A DNA stretch of 64,000 nucleotides from positions 2,080,001-2,144,000 of the forward strand of contig OZ242365.1 of NCBI GenBank assembly GCA_965208905.1. The letters are read 5' to 3'. Both the position numbers and the translations under genes were made by a program. Each line of letters starts with the position of its first letter. Within the stretch, counting starts at the first letter, position 1. Below are positions 63,301 to 64,000 of the stretch, in pieces. The notes below the pieces were generated by a model. It did no database searches. It had not been told where the DNA came from and saw nothing but the letters and a program-made list of their open reading frames with translations. This stretch comes from Nitrosopumilaceae archaeon. Its GTDB lineage: Archaea; Thermoproteota; Nitrososphaeria; Nitrososphaerales; Nitrosopumilaceae.

Positions 63301-64000
63301 CCCTATTCGGCGGGGCAAAAGTCGGCTAATGAGGATAACAAGAACGTAAAATACCCTGCCATAGAGGGTCGTGTCAAGGACACATACATTAGGATGGCAC
63401 CTAAAGGGAATCAGGTATCATTATACAACTCATACATTAAGGCTCTACGGCAGGCATCTGACCGTATAGGTGAGTCTGGTGTGATAGGGTTCATCACACC
63501 CTCTGCATATATCACCGGAATTGCCGAGGCCGGAATACGTGCCTGTCTGTATGAGGAGTTTACTGATGTGTATTGTTTGGATTTACTTGGTCAAAGAGGA
63601 ATGAAAAATAATGGTAATAGTATATTTGGGAATAGTGGTAATGAAGGCGGTATAACTGTTGGAGTTGCCATAACCATACTGGTTAAGAACCCACGAAAGA
63701 GTGGATGTACTATCCATTACAGCAAACTACCAACAAACGATTTTTACTGTGAGGAAAAACGTGCTAGGGTAAAGCAGTTGGGCCTTGTGGCCAACATAAC
63801 AGACTGGCAACCAATAACCCCAAACAGGTACCACGACTGGTTAGACCAGCGTGGTGAGGCAGACGAATCATGGCAGAAGTATTTGCCCATTGGTAGTAAA
63901 GATGCCAAACGCGGGAAAACTAACAAGGTTATGTTCAGTACATATTCGCGTGGACTTGCCACAGCTCGAGATGGCTGGGTCTACAACACGTCAAGAACAA
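60388..64000 (+). CDS. Type ISP (LlaGI/LlaBIII-like) single-polypeptide restriction-modification enzyme; runs off the right edge
   Basis: One frame from TTG at 60388: Mrr-like GVDLV...AIQCKF, MACGTGKT, CDEAHRT, MTATP, CLSEGVDVP, QAIGRVMRK, GIVYTP, DPFTGAGTF, GNPPY; missing from the ORF track because it has no stop in the window. Confidence 0.92.
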   Translation, partial: MDADSFGKTLQHLRTICNDEGNTKGSLFEKLVRSFLKTDNLYADRFVEVYAWKDYPGRNGRGDFGVDLVGVEQDGQLCAIQCKFFDKTTLTKRSIDSFLEAGSRSEFDSMMLVYVGGGYGKNVQDALEGHGCKVLNFESLSESNVEWPDLAAGLTDIKPRKARPLWDHQKEAMSNVISKLENNNRGQLIMACGTGKTLTSLRLAEKTVGEGGLVLYAVPSISLMRQVIRNWAGDRTLQHGYVGVCSDNTVSRGQTDIPIIEMEIGVSTDEDRIASVMRRDSSKMTVIFTTYQSMEVIEKAQKLSGEPFDLVLCDEAHRTTGVEKGSAFTIIHDDEKIQARKRIYMTATPKIYKRAVKTKAANEDVVLYSMDDDSVESRSVFGPVMFRLSFSDAIDAKLLTDYDVLTLGVSEEYGGKILQKIVETTGDDGDINLTDAARMAGLYRVLERPDPDNDVLPLQTAIAYTNRISDSKRFANSFKNLMMEPAGSVEFACDAEHVDSTQNSTARDKAMQWLRDSDQDSNECRVVSNAKCLSEGVDVPALSAITFLNPKSSEIDIIQAIGRVMRKHKGKERGYVIIPLGIPPDTEPEKILNNEKSFGVVWNVLRALRSHDSRLDVEVNTADLKKQLPKRIKFIGIDREGKRVDNEEGGKSFSLGELDVPADALYSRIVEEVGDRQYLARWANDVAAVVSRIQERIGVVVADGPARDKFGAYMVGLRDIIHDTISESEGIGMLAQHMVTRRIFGAMFGTDNFAQSNPVSAALDAVLNELRAHGLDTELRDLEKFYNSIELRVAGLDSHDARQRVISELYGTFFKKAFSKMADRLGIVYTPTEVVDFILRSVDHVLRENFGRGLTDEGVNVIDPFTGAGTFIARMMSKDLDLIRDEDIERKYEYEIFANEIVLLAYYIAAVNCESMYGQRTGSFKQFEGLSFTDTFSPGNLDEHTGDVMAGPKKRIRRQREAKITCIVGNPPYSAGQKSANEDNKNVKYPAIEGRVKDTYIRMAPKGNQVSLYNSYIKALRQASDRIGESGVIGFITPSAYITGIAEAGIRACLYEEFTDVYCLDLLGQRGMKNNGNSIFGNSGNEGGITVGVAITILVKNPRKSGCTIHYSKLPTNDFYCEEKRARVKQLGLVANITDWQPITPNRYHDWLDQRGEADESWQKYLPIGSKDAKRGKTNKVMFSTYSRGLATARDGWVYNTSRT

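Noticed and set aside
60341-63962. Series of minus-strand ORFs of 60-180 aa
   Set aside because: Antisense shadows of the type ISP gene

Overview
This window looks archaeal, most likely a Nitrosopumilaceae (Thaumarchaeota) genome with Cenarchaeum-like, probably host-associated features. The evidence is a PEFG-CTERM protein, an LVIVD-repeat protein, BHB tRNA introns and an archaeal RNase P RNA. It has four parts. (1) 0.8-9.3 kb is housekeeping: purD, an ilvB-ilvH-leuA/cimA-leuB operon, aspS and a two-intron tRNA-Leu. (2) 9.3-35.6 kb is an accessory region full of IS elements and relics (IS481, IS6-like, IS3, IS630, TnpB, integrase). It also holds a PKD-inserted helicase, a DNA methyltransferase and surface/solute-binding proteins. 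(3) 35.6-45.2 kb is housekeeping again: rhodanese, dppBC, cobO, rnpB, an antiporter, an MFS transporter and purC. (4) 45.4-64 kb is a defence island with SIR2, an HsdR_N nuclease, a TOPRIM protein, a type II-like RM pair and a type ISP RM enzyme, separated by stacks of short IS-end-like motifs. The best candidate for an undescribed system is an AT-rich four-gene operon at 55.7-57.9 kb: an MGT- protein, a small protein, a QatC-clade QueC enzyme and an ASCH protein. It looks like a protein-deazaguanylation defence module without QatA/QatD or a CD-NTase. A candidate Thr/Leu/Val leader peptide precedes ilvB. All calls come from reading motifs by eye; no searches were run.
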